DNA of 64,000 nucleotides from Okamejei kenojei. Lineage: Eukaryota. Location: assembly GCA_035221665.1 (NCBI GenBank), contig CM069157.1:5456001-5520000 (forward strand), in the 5' to 3' direction. The notes beneath the pieces were generated by a model. It made no database searches and was not told where the DNA came from. It was given only the letters and a program-made list of their open reading frames with translations. Position 1 is the first letter of the stretch; every line of letters starts with the position of its first letter. Shown here piece after piece: positions 1 to 11,567 of this stretch. The position numbers and the translations under genes were made by a program.

Positions 1-301
1 ATGAAATGTCTACCTCACAACTTACAATGGTTGTAGATATTTTAAACAATGTATTAATTGAATAAATTACAAAAGAAATTCAATCTAATTAATAATGCTC
101 TGTTATTGCTCATTTTTATCTTGTGGTGAATTTTACTCAAAAAGCAATTCCTGAGATTAAAAAATCTGGTTAATTTTCAACTGCAGCCAAAGTGAAAGAA
201 GCCATACTCAGGAAATAAGAGATTAGTTACTATGGGATTTCCTGAATAATGATGATGGCAGCAAAAGTTACATTAATCTTTTTTTGGTTGGTTTCTAAAC
301 A

Positions 302-385
302 AAAAGCTGGAGAAACTCAGCGGGTGCAGCAGCATCTAAGGAGCGAAGGAGATAGGCGACGTTTCGGGTCGAGACCCTTCTTCAG
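302..385 (-). mobile_element. Short Penelope terminal-repeat fragment with hammerhead core, flanked by a 32-bp direct duplication
   Basis: Flanks 270-301 = 386-417; 301-387 is the exact reverse complement of 51945-52031. Confidence 0.8.
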
Positions 386-799
386 ACATTAATCTTTTTT
401 TGGTTGGTTTCTAAACAGGCAAGCCTTATCAAAACATTTTATCGGATTAGGCTTTCAAATGATTAAAGGAAAACAATTCCACAAATGCATTCTTGGTGAA
501 AGATCACTGCATGAAGTTCTAGTTCCAAATCAGGTCCTCTCACAAAGAGAATGAAAAATTTGTTAAGAACAAGCATGTAACTGCGTGGGCCTGGTTTCTG
601 ATTCAGAATACATTCAATTGTGACTAGTGCGTCCAAAAAGGAGTAACGTTATTTAACACTTTGTCTTGCAAACTCTCAGAAAATATCAGCACCAAGAAGG
701 TATTATCCTCAGACAACCAAGTATGACTGGCACACAAGATACCGAGAGGAAAGAGGGAGGCTGCACAGAAGATTGTCTTAACAATTGTCTTAACAATTG

Positions 800-897
800 T
801 GGGTGTAAATGTGGAACAAACTACACACAAGAATATCTTAAAAGGTTAAACGTTCAACAAGATTGTATAAGCACTACAATTTTTATTACCATCCATT
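800..897 (+). repeat. 98-bp exact copy of 1485-1582
   Basis: Identical sequence tgggtgtaaatgtgg...ccatccatt at both sites. Confidence 0.95.
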
Positions 898-3287
898 GTC
901 TTAACAATTGCGCATTTTCATACCCTCTCACTGAGAGTCAGTTAGGTTCCTACATTGCCTGTCACGGCTACTCTGATCCTTGTGTTGCCTGCAAATAGGA
1001 TGATCATAGACGTAAAAGTTACCTTTTCCAACAATCTCTTTATGCAAACACAAACGAGCACCTTGGACTGCCTCCAGCAAGTATTGGAGTTGCCTTGCAA
1101 ATTGTCCTGATGTCAGCAGAGTGATTCTTTAAATGGCAAATAAATGAAGAACGCAACACATTGTGCTCTGCATTTTTTTTTCTCTAGTGATAATTCAATG
1201 AAAGTTGATTTCTGGGGCTTCCAAGCAGTTAAAACATATGCTGCACATCATTGGTGCACGTCTGATAATGGAAAACATTGGTTGTGCGACTGGAAGTGCC
1301 CACATCGATTTAGCAATTGACAGAATTTTCACCGGAAAACGATCATTAACGTGATTTACTCTTGCTTTGGATCACACTGTGCCAAAATAAAACAATAATC
1401 AATCCAATTTCTGAGCAGATGTATATGAATTAAAAGCATATTTAAAACTAGTAAAGAATAAGATTTCAAACATGGTAAATATTATGGGTGTAAATGTGGA
1501 ACAAACTACACACAAGAATATCTTAAAAGGTTAAACGTTCAACAAGATTGTATAAGCACTACAATTTTTATTACCATCCATTCTTTCAAGCACCACTCAG
1601 TTCTAATTAATCACCGATGTAATATCTTAATCCCATCTGAATCAATTTAACAAGATCATTTGTTACTGCAGGCCCCTCACTCGAGAGGTTAAAAAACAAG
1701 ATATGCAATGTAAGCTGACTTACAAGCAATGAGATTTGAAAATTTCTTGGAATTCAAAGTTTGATTTAAAATACTTTGGAAATACATCAAACAATAACTT
1801 ATATCACACCGGCATTTTGTTTCCATCTTAAGAATTTATATAAAATGTATACATGCCATTAAAGGACCTGCGAGAATACAGGTGGCCACTGCGTTACATT
1901 GGGAGAGGGGAGAAGGGAGAGGGTTGCACTCCTAGAAAACAATCAATTTTGTGATTCTCCATAAAATCAAAGTCTTGTAATCCCCACATGCATCAAGAAA
2001 CCAGAATTGAAAAAAAAAAAATTACATTTACCTACTTTATTTTCCCACATAAATTCAAAGATAGGGAACTTTTGGATAGTGATTCATAAATTGAGGGAAT
2101 CAAATTTCCATTAGATCAACAGCTGTAATGCTGGTGTTGCCTGTATGTGTTTTAATTATAAATACATTAAAACTGGTCAAGTAAGAAAGGTGGATACATT
2201 TTTAGGCAGGATTAAATGTGATCTACCTATGGTGGCAGGCACTTTAGAAAAGAACTTCTAGAGGCAGCTGTGGAAATTATTTCAATTTCTAACTCTGGCA
2301 GTTTTCATCTCAAGTTCAGCCCGTCTTTTGTTTCGCTCCTGAACTATGAGAACGCAGGCCATTTGTTTTCCAAATCTCTGCAAAAATTTTGTTGTGTAGT
2401 ATGATCAGGAACTCTACAGCCATTGGCCAACTGTACCATTTCATGAGATCATGACTGATTGGTGTTTCAACTCCATTTACCTGCCTCTAGTCCATTTTCA
2501 ACTATCCAATTCTGCTATAATGTGAGTTTACATAACGCAATTGATGAATTAGGGAATACTGTTTGCATTACGATGGCTGAAATGGTTATAATGTAATTTT
2601 GATTGGGAACTAGACAACCACTTAAAAGCTACTTTGGACATAATGAGCAGAAAAACCCCATAATGGAAAAAAGAGTTGCAAGCAAGACCTTTACATACAA
2701 TCTCACCACAGTATTCAGATGCCACCATTCCATAAAAACACAGCAACTAGATTCACCAGGGGAAGCCATTTAAATGGACAACAATCACTTCGATTGATAC
2801 TTATGCAATGATACTCCATTTAACAATGTAATACACAGCCTTTAGTATTTTTACAGTAAAATACACAGCCTTTAGTATTTTTATCTTATAGCAACAAAAA
2901 TAAACTTAACTACTTAAAATAAAACCTCCACTTTTGAAAATCCTGCAGGAAAAAATGTTGTCAGTGAATCTGAAACTCTCTAGCCCCTAACCACACTTTC
3001 CCCCATTGATACAATTGGTACGCTAATGCAATTTTCTATAACACTAGATTTCTTCGTAATACAACTATGATATAGCAGAACTACCTGTATACTTCAATAG
3101 TTGACCCTGCACCCAGATCTTTTGGCAGAAAGAGTCCTATATTTCCAAGGTATTTGGAATTGAAAAAAAGTCGAAAGAGTTGTTTTCTGCATCTGGTTCT
3201 GTGATGTATTATTGCAAGAAAACTATATTTTAATGCAGGAACAAAATATCATACATACTCGGCTAATAATTACAATTACAAACTTAC

Positions 3288-3467
3288 TTCTTCTGTGCCG
3301 GCTGGAATTGGTCCGTTGACATTCATGGTCCTAAAAGGCGAGTGTGCCGAGAGGCGTTTATCCCATTCACTGGGGCGAGGTTCAGGTACAGACTCCATAA
3401 AGTTCCGCTTTAGTTCACTGATACTAGCATGATGTTTCATTATTTCATCCTGGGTTTTGTCGAGATC
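3288..3467 (-). CDS. EPB41: EPB41 exon 17 (SAB core) DLDKTQDEIMKHHASISELKRNFMESVPEPRPSEWDKRLSAHSPFRTMNVNGPIPAGTEE
   Basis: taatag|GATCTC ... GAA|gtaagt; 180 nt. Confidence 0.96.
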
Positions 3468-6090
3468 CTATTACAAAACAATTAAGCAAAGGAGAAAGGT
3501 ATTTTAAATTTCACTAATTTTTATTAAAAGTTAAAAGGTCTGCGCCATTCTGTTTAAAAGGACCATCATAAAATTAATTTGGTAATCGCCATGTTTGAGA
3601 GAAAGCAAGCAGATATTAGATAGTTTACAAATAAATTTAAAGATACATTTCTGTATCATTAGCTTTGTTATTCAAATTTAGTGCAGAATTTTATTGGAGC
3701 ATAGTAGATGCATTCTATTTTTAACCACTTTTTCCCTTCTTCCCAAGGAGGATAGTCCCTTTAGTGAGGTTAAGCCTTGTGGTGACCCTCTAGTACCTTA
3801 CCCAACAGGTCAATCTTCATGCATGAAGTTGAAAACTGGCTGTTGACAGACTATTTTGCTCGGGTATTCTAAACCGATCCCAAATCTATTCTCAGCCAAT
3901 CCACCCACTTTCTAGTCAGGGTCATGGGTTGAATATTTTCCTAGCTCAGGGAGGCATTAAGGAATTTAAATCCTTCCCCCTCTCCCACCACTGTCACAAA
4001 AAGCAAATAAAAATTTGACTGACCATTTTAGTGTATACCTCCGCACAACGTCAAAGTCTTCAAGTAAACTGCTCACTAGTGAACACTCTGAAAATCAATG
4101 AATCAATATGGAAAGGAGAAAGCAACAAATCTTCCAAGCTAGTATGGTGGGATCATTAAGCAGCTGTACCACAAATCCTACTTCTCTTTCAGCTGCCCTA
4201 CTAACTTACCACAATGTTTGAACACAGGCACAGATGAAATGGAACACACACAATGCCAGAAGCAACAAAACAACATTCTGTTTTCTTTATAAGCTCATGG
4301 ATAGGAAGTTGGTAAAACCGTACATTGCAGCATAAAGAGACAGTGAAGAAGGAGCATTACATTTGTGTTTGATATGTCAAAAAATTATAAATCATTGATT
4401 CTTTGAACTTTACTCTCCTGTTTTTGTGCAATAAGCATTACTCTGCTGGTCCATACGTAATTTTTGCTGCTATTTGTGCGAGAACACAAGAAACAAAAGT
4501 GGGAGTAGACCGTTGAACCTTTCAGGCCTACTCCAACTTTTAAGTAGATCATGGCTGAATTTTTGTCATCTCACGGTGACTTTTCTACACTTTTCATCAC
4601 TCGATTCCCTTTATGTAGAGGAGAACCCAAAATAAGCTGCTGAATTTTTTAAAAGGAAGCCCGATCTGAAAGTAATATTTTAACATTTGAAAGTAAAACA
4701 AAGGTAATGGGAACATTGCTAAATATCAAGAACCAGAATCAATCCCAATTAAACAATAGACAATAGGTGCAGGAGTCGGCACTGCCATTCAGTGTGATCA
4801 TGGCTGATCTATGGTTGATTCTATGGTTGAATTCTATGGTTGATGCTGAAACTGACATGAGAGTAGACTATTTATTGTGTAAATTTTCAATGTAATAATC
4901 CATGATGAATCGACTGGTCTTTATCAGACTGCATCAAGAAGTCTTGTCTTATGGGAACTTAGATGCATATCAGGTGATTAGATTTAGAAAGTACAGCTTT
5001 CATGACTAAGTCTGAAATATACAAAAAAAAACTGATGAGGTAATAAAACACCATGATTCCAGTTCCTATTCCCAGTTTGTAGTGGATTGACAGAATTCAG
5101 CACAATTTGCAGTTAAAAAAAAATAAATCAAAAGGTCTCCAATCGTTTATCACTATTCATAATACCTCCGGCAAAGAGCCCATCTGAACACTAAATAAAA
5201 AGATCTAGGTATAGCTGCACTGATGTGGAATATAGAGTAGCTAACTCCACACATTTAAAAAGCACAATCTGCAGGAGTATGGCTCAAGGAAATTATTATC
5301 AGGATATTATTGTCACGTGTAGAGAGTTACATTCAGTAACAATAACAATATTTTTCATTGTAAGTGAATGTAATCAGGAGAATTAATGTTTATAAGGAGG
5401 TATATAAAAGGTATTTATAAAAACCTTGTTATACTGTTGATGGAAAAATACACTAGTTAAGAATACACATAATTGACAGATTTATCTTAGTGCACAAAAG
5501 AGGGTGCTGTTCTGCTTTCTCACACTACATTGCCATAGTACAATGATTACACATTTTTTCTGTATCTTAGTTGCCTCACTAAAGTACTTTTCTGTGAAAC
5601 TCTTCAGAACAGGCAACGTCTTTTCATCCATTTTCTAAAATAACCAGTCTACCTACATGGTACAGCTGTCTTACAGCTTCCTCACAGCTCCGGTAACCTA
5701 AGACTGAATCTGAGCTCTGATGTGGTCTGTGTGGTTCTGCCTGTGACCACATGGGTTTCCTCCAGTACTTTGGTTTCTTCCCATATCACAAAGATGTGCT
5801 GATTGAGGGTTAATTGTCTGGTGTATGTAGCTAGTGGAAACATTGATGGGGTGTCAATGGCCGCATGTGAGATACTTGTATGTGGAGGAATCGATTGGTT
5901 TCTCTGAGGGATAAAGTAGACTCAATGAGCCAAATGGCATCTTCTGTATTATAATGAGATGTGAAATATGAAGCTCAAAGTCTCATTAGTATTTACTATT
6001 TCTCAGAAATAACTTGAGAGATGTTGAATTTCAAATTTATCTGCTTTACATATAAATTCATGATATCTAATGTTCAAATTCTCATTTTCA

Positions 6091-6392
6091 GAAGCCTTTT
6101 CCCAAGGTGGAGATGTGAAAGGCTAGATGGCATAGCTTTAAGATGCGACGGATAAAGTTTAAAGGAGGGACAAAGTTTAAAGATGTGTGGGGGCTAGTTT
6201 TTATACACAGAGAGTGATGGGTGTCTGGAATGAGCTGCCAGGGGTGGCGATGGAAGCAGATACCATAGTGGCATTTAAGAGGCTTTTAGATAGGTACTTG
6301 GATATGCGCGGAATTAAAAGATATAGATCACGTGCAGGCCGAGAGGATGAATTTAACTTGGCTTCATGTTCAACTGTACTGTTATATGTTCT
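6091..6392 (+). mobile_element. CR1-type LINE 3' fragment
   Basis: FYTQRVMGVWNELP..VAFKRLLDRY C-terminal CR1 ORF2 motif plus 3' tail. Confidence 0.8.
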
Positions 6393-7091
6393 CCACATGG
6401 CAAGAGAGGAGAACAACAACCAAGGAATAAAATGCACAGGTCAAACATAAGTGATAGTCTTCTGTAGATACCATAAATTTTATGTAGGTAGCAAAAAATA
6501 GTTTTATTGTTCAGGGAACAAATACACCACTGACAATGCTGGCAATTATTATCCTTCCTTAATTGCTCCTGTATGGAGGAAGTAGTTGAGTCAACTGCAC
6601 TGCTGGATCTGGGGGTCACATAGAGGCCAAATAGGGTAATGATGTCGGATTTCCTTCCCTGAAGGACATTATGATATTCCAGTTGATTAATTTCTTTAGA
6701 AATCATTCTAGATTAATTAATTTCCTGAATATAAATTTCTCAGCTGTAATGGTAGGATTCAAATTTGTGTCACTTGATCAGTAGTCCAAAACTATGACAG
6801 CTCATTCAGTAACTGATGTAAATTACCCAAATGGAACACTGTCTTTTTAAGCCAAAATGCATCATTGTGGTTTCAAGAATGACCATAATGTGAGCAGTGA
6901 ATTTTTCTTTAATTTCTATATTAACAGAAATAAATACATTGCGTGCAACATCACCAGAGCAGCTTTGCACTGGTTCCAAAATAGTTCTCGTTTTGTTCAA
7001 TTGATCTAACTACACACTTACAAAATGGATCATCTTAATAGACCACTTCCCATCCATAATTTCAAGCAGCTTAAAGAAAAAAAAGCACAAA

Positions 7092-7183
7092 CATGCCCAT
7101 GCTTGCTTATAAATAAAGAAACAGGGCTTTTATAAACAAAAACATAATAATGTATGTGTCTTGGTTCACATGCAGCACATGCA
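7092..7183 (-). promoter_or_regulatory. RBFOX-type intronic splicing enhancer cluster downstream of exon 16
   Basis: TGCATG at 7183-7178 and 7174-7169, GCATG at 7102-7098 and 7096-7092 (minus strand), 87-178 nt after the exon 16 donor. Confidence 0.75.
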
Positions 7184-7269
7184 AAATTGCGTTTAAGCAG
7201 CCAAAGAATGAATGCAGAACTGTAGGCTAAAGACAACTTGATGGTAACAAGCTTTCAGTTCATACAAAC

Positions 7270-7332
7270 CTCCAACATTAAATTGCTATGCCTGACATAA
7301 ATGTTTTCACCCTCAATTTTCTTTGATCTCTT
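7270..7332 (-). CDS. EPB41: EPB41 exon 16 (spectrin-actin-binding cassette) KRSKKIEGENIYVRHSNLMLE
   Basis: ttcgcag|AAG ... GAG|gtttgt; 63 nt, 21 aa. Confidence 0.95.
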
Positions 7333-7618
7333 CTGCGAAATGAAAGAAGGGAAAAAAGAAAAGCACAAAAATTAAAATGTTGTTCTTGTGGCATTGCAAA
7401 GTAGCAAATAAAAAGTGTCCAAAAAAACTTCCATTAGCGCAGCAGAATCTATACGGGATGATCATGGAACCACAAGAACACTCCCAGATTTGATCAAAAA
7501 AGAAAAAAGCAGAATGTGGCAATTCATTACTGATGAACAAACATAATGCTATAAACAAAGGAAACAATTGTGGAAACAAGGACAAAGACCGAGCTACAAA
7601 AACGCCAATAATGCTAAC

Positions 7619-7657
7619 CTTGCGCATTTTAACGACTTCTTCTCCTTCAGGCTTTTG
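7619..7657 (-). CDS. EPB41: EPB41 exon 15 homologue (alternative) QKPEGEEVVKMRK
   Basis: tatacag|CAA ... AAG|gttagc; 39 nt; ends in MRK like human exon 15 (EDLIRMRK). Confidence 0.8.
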
Positions 7658-7772
7658 CTGTATAAATGTTGTGGAAAGAGATGAAATTTAGTGAGCCATG
7701 TCCTTGTGACTTCCAAAGACTTTAAAATGATCTAATACTCAAACTGGTTTTCATTCCAATTCAGAAACAAAC

Positions 7773-7832
7773 CTGCAATTTATCATTTGCTGTGGTAGGA
7801 ATTGGAGTGGTTTCAGTTTGCTGCGCATGGGC
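7773..7832 (-). CDS. EPB41: EPB41 exon 14 homologue (alternative) AHAQQTETTPIPTTANDKLQ
   Basis: Pyrimidine-rich acceptor ...gacctag|GCC, donor CAG|gtttgt; 60 nt, phase 0-0, no stop; resembles human exon 14 (EVTVPTSNGDQTQ) and sits in the right position. Confidence 0.65.
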
Positions 7833-8878
7833 CTAGGTCATCAGAAATAAAAGGAAATACTCATAATTAATTTTATTTTCAGGAATCTAATTTTACATAT
7901 TAAAATGTTTCAAATCTGGGTTGAGTAAAATGTTACATTTCAAAACTTTCTTTGCAACTTTCATTCATTAGCAGGTTAAGTGTTCCATTATCAATTGATC
8001 TAATTTGATCTGTTGACAATAGATATGTCCCAACTAATTTTTCAAATTAAACTGAGAGTTTTCAATAGAAAGGAATTAACTTCTGCACATACAAGAGACT
8101 GCAGGAATCAGTGTTAACAAACCATCTACTGGAAGAACTCAGCATGTAGAGCAGGATTCATGGAGAGAAGTGGATGGTCAGCTTTTCAGATTGGGACCCT
8201 TTATCTGGACAATCCAGATGAAGTCTTCCGACTTGAAATGTCGACAGTTCATTTCCCTCCGCGGATGCTGCTCAACGCCTCCCACTCCAAACCAAGTTCC
8301 TCCAGCAGATTGGTTACTTCTGTTTATCCTTCATAAATATCTGTAGACCTTGATGTACACAACTGCATCCGATATCAATAAACTTCAACAAATCAAAACA
8401 AAAACCTTATGCATTCCTGTGAATACACTGCAGTAAAAAGGTAGCATCTGCTGTTTCTTTTATAAAGGCAAAAAAATGAAGCAATATATTGAGCAAATGT
8501 GGCTCTTCTCGCTCATCAGTTGCTGTTCCATTTCAAAGGCAGTACATGTTCAAACAGGTAAAGCATGTTATCAGTTTGACACTCAACTAGCAATATCCAT
8601 AATGAATAAATAATTAGAAAAAATATTTGCACATAACCATTAAAAATCTGGTGGACGCTTATGTACCATTTTGATCATAAAAGGAACAGAATTAGGCAAT
8701 TTGGCCCATTGAATCTGCCCCGCCATTTGATCATGGCGAATTTATTTTTCCCTCTCAAACCCATTCTCCTCGTAACCTTTTATACTCTTACTAATAGAGA
8801 ACAATTAATTGGGCTTCACTTTAAAAATACCCAACGCCTCCACAGATTCACCTGGCTAAAGAAATTCCTCACCATTCT

Positions 8879-9016
8879 GGGTGGCACATTGGCGCAGTGA
8901 TAGAGCTGCGGCCACACAACAGTGGAGAACCGGGTTCAATCCTGACTGCAGGTGCTGCCTGTACAGAGATTGCACACTCTCCCTATGACCTTGTGTGTTT
9001 TCTTCGGGTGCTCTGA
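8879..9016 (+). mobile_element. tRNA-derived V-SINE/HE1-like 5' fragment nested in a CR1 remnant
   Basis: A-box tggcgcagtg and B-box gggttcaatcc; similar to 11568-11861. Confidence 0.65.
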
Positions 9017-9666
9017 CCTCAGACCATCTGGTCTCAGACCATCCCACTACAGGAAACATCCGCTCCACACCCATTCTACCTAGGCCTTTCATTATTCCAT
9101 AGGTCTGACCATTATCTTCCCCCCCCCCCACCAAACTGCAGCGAGCACAGGCCCAGAGTCATTAAATGCTTCTCAAATACTAACCCTGGAATTTTCAAAC
9201 AGATTAATAGGTTTAATTTAAGGATGCACTTTCAATTCTTCCTTGACAAGTTTATATCGCAAAGAGAATAATAAAGTTGATCTGTTAATAGTGACCATTC
9301 AGCTCACATTTTTAGTCCTTTCATTTGGCAAAGAAAACATGAATTATTCTTTCTTAAGTAAAAACACACATCTAGAATGCAAATTTGTTAAAATACCACA
9401 GAACGTTGCTAAACCGTACCAGATAATTAAACCTGTGCTCGGACTTGATTCTGGACGATTTAATTACTAAAACGGTTTGACGTATAGATTTGTAGGCTAA
9501 TTGGCTTGGTGCAAGTGCAAAATGTGTCCCTAATGTTTGTGTGTGTAGGATAGTGTCAATGTGTGGGGATCGCTGGATGGTGCGGGCTCAGTGGGCTGAA
9601 GGGCCTGTTTCCACGCTGTATCTAAACTAAACTATACTAAAAGCATAAAATCAGTTCAAGGCATAC

Positions 9667-9881
9667 CTTAACTTCTTGGGCTGGTTCAGATCTTCTGTCA
9701 ACCAGACGTTCTTCTTGTTTTATTTCACCCTTTGCTTCCTGTTCAACTGCATTAGATTCAGTCACTCTTGTTGTGTCAATTGTGGGGGGGCTACTGACTT
9801 CCACCGAATGACTCTGAGATATTGTTGGCACAGAAGTGGTAACTGGTCTTGGACTTCTGTCTGGAGTCACAACTACCGCAG
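9667..9881 (-). CDS. EPB41: EPB41 exon 13 (U2) AVVVTPDRSPRP...SEPAQEVK
   Basis: ttacag|CTGCGG ... AAG|gtatgc; 215 nt, phase 1-0; DRSPRP motif as in 4.1R. Confidence 0.9.
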
Positions 9882-10656
9882 CTGTAATGAAATGCATCAA
9901 AGATACTCACTGGTAATATGAAACATTATTTTAATAAAGTATTTGGTACTTATTTCCATTCCCTAATTGCAGAAAAATGCAAAGAAATGCAACACATTAA
10001 GCGATTCTCAGTGAATGTAAACAGGAATCCAAATACAAGATGAGCATAAACATTTTAATTGTACAATCTGTTGTAAATAATGACATGATTAAAATGTAAC
10101 TTGGGTAAGTTTCCTACTCTACTTAAAAATTCAAAATTATGCAGGATACAAAATATCTACACTTAATTCAAAATAACTTGATTTTCTTGCCCTATTGTAA
10201 ACTTTAATTTCTCATGTCATTGTGAGGATAAAATAGATGAATAAAGCAAAACGTGGATAGATTTAATAAGCTAGCTCTTTATGAGCCCCATTTCAGTTTC
10301 TCTTCACATCTCTGGCTCAACAAGGGTGAAAACACATTTCTGCTTTCATCTTGCAAAATTAAGAAATTTCTGTTGAAAAGTGCATTTTACAATTTATGTG
10401 CAAAGTAAACATCGGATTGTAAAGAGAGGTGCAAGGGAATTCATTAAAATTGTAACCAGACTAAGTGGGACCCGTTGGGTCCCATTTTAACACGCATGGG
10501 CTGGTCCCCCAACGCAATATTCCACCTCTCCACCGATTCCAATATTGGTGGGCAGTGGGGGGTGGGGGGCTTTCTGGACAACTACTTTGGGTGTTGTGGG
10601 CCGAAGGGACTGGTTTCCAGAGGGCTAGTATGGACATTGTGGGCCGAATGGATTCC

Positions 10657-10874
10657 TGGACTCACAGATCAGTCACTCGCGGCTGGTGGACTCACAGTTC
10701 AGTCACTCGCAGCTGGTGGACTCACAGTTCAGTCACTCACTGCTGGTGGACTCACAGTTCAGTCACTCGCAGCTGGTGGACTCACAGTTCAGTCACTCGC
10801 AGCTGGTGGACTCACAGTTCGTACACTCACGGCTGGTGGACTCACTGTTCAGTCACTCACAGCTGGTGGACTCA
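10657..10874 (+). repeat. 30-bp minisatellite, about 7.3 copies (TGGACTCACAGTTCAGTCACTCGCAGCTGG)
   Basis: Tandem units directly visible; explains the repetitive ORFs at 10465-11268. Confidence 0.95.
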
Positions 10875-11171
10875 TCCATCACACACACACACCCTCCATC
10901 ACACACACACACACACACACACCCTCCATCACACACACACACACCCCCCATCACACACACACACACCCTCCATCACACACACACACCCACCCTCCATCAC
11001 ACACACACACCCCCCATCACACACACACACACACCCTCCATCACACACACCTTCCATCACACACACCTTCCATCACACACACACACACACCTTCCATCAC
11101 ACACACACACTCCATCACACACACCTTCCATCCATCACACACACACACTCCATCACACACACACACACACC
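10875..11171 (+). repeat. Compound (CA)n/CCCTCCAT microsatellite
   Basis: Repeated ccctccatcacacacac units. Confidence 0.95.
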
Positions 11172-11567
11172 CGGGACATATGACAGTAAAACTCTTAATT
11201 ATACTCACGCCCAGAGTTTACAACGCAGACCGGAAGTGGTCAGGATGATAGTTTTAGTAACAGTATAGAAGATAGATGATGGAACAAAAGCTACTGACAA
11301 AGTGGCTGAAGACAGTTGTATCCAGCAACTGCCCTCAAAAAACATTTGTCGCAATGTCCAGGGGCTTGGCTGATTTGGCATCAGTAGGTAGATGATACTT
11401 CAGCCAGTGGATAGTGTTTCTCTTCACACAACCCACTTCAGTTAATTTTAATTTTCTGAAGGCAGTCGTTCTGATAACACCTCAAGAATTCATCTATTTT
11501 GTCTGGACAAAGGCTAATGAGACCAACAATTTCTAGATGAAAACAACCTGAAGATCTCTGATCTCAC

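Larger units (their letters stand above)
10456..11276 (-). mobile_element. Non-autonomous Helitron carrying a 30-bp minisatellite and a (CA)-rich compound microsatellite
   Basis: Minus strand: host A|TCTATC 5' end; 3' hairpin GGGACCC-AAC-GGGTCCC (10483-10467), 7-nt spacer, CTGG|T end; no TSD. Confidence 0.8.

Noticed and set aside
1023-1037. Possible 15-nt microexon RLLEK (aaag|AGATTGTTGGAAAAG|gtaact) as an exon 17A equivalent
   Set aside because: Rare AAG acceptor, no recognisable similarity to 4.1R exon 17A, no independent support.
2830-2883. Short tandem duplications (also 4808-4845 and 12406-12580)
   Set aside because: Ordinary slippage or local duplications with no further structure.
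10465-11268. Long ORFs (267, 257 and 165 aa) with His/Thr-rich repeats; 30-bp array superficially CRISPR-like
   Set aside because: Translations of a minisatellite and microsatellite inside a Helitron; units are contiguous with no unique spacers, and the context is eukaryotic.
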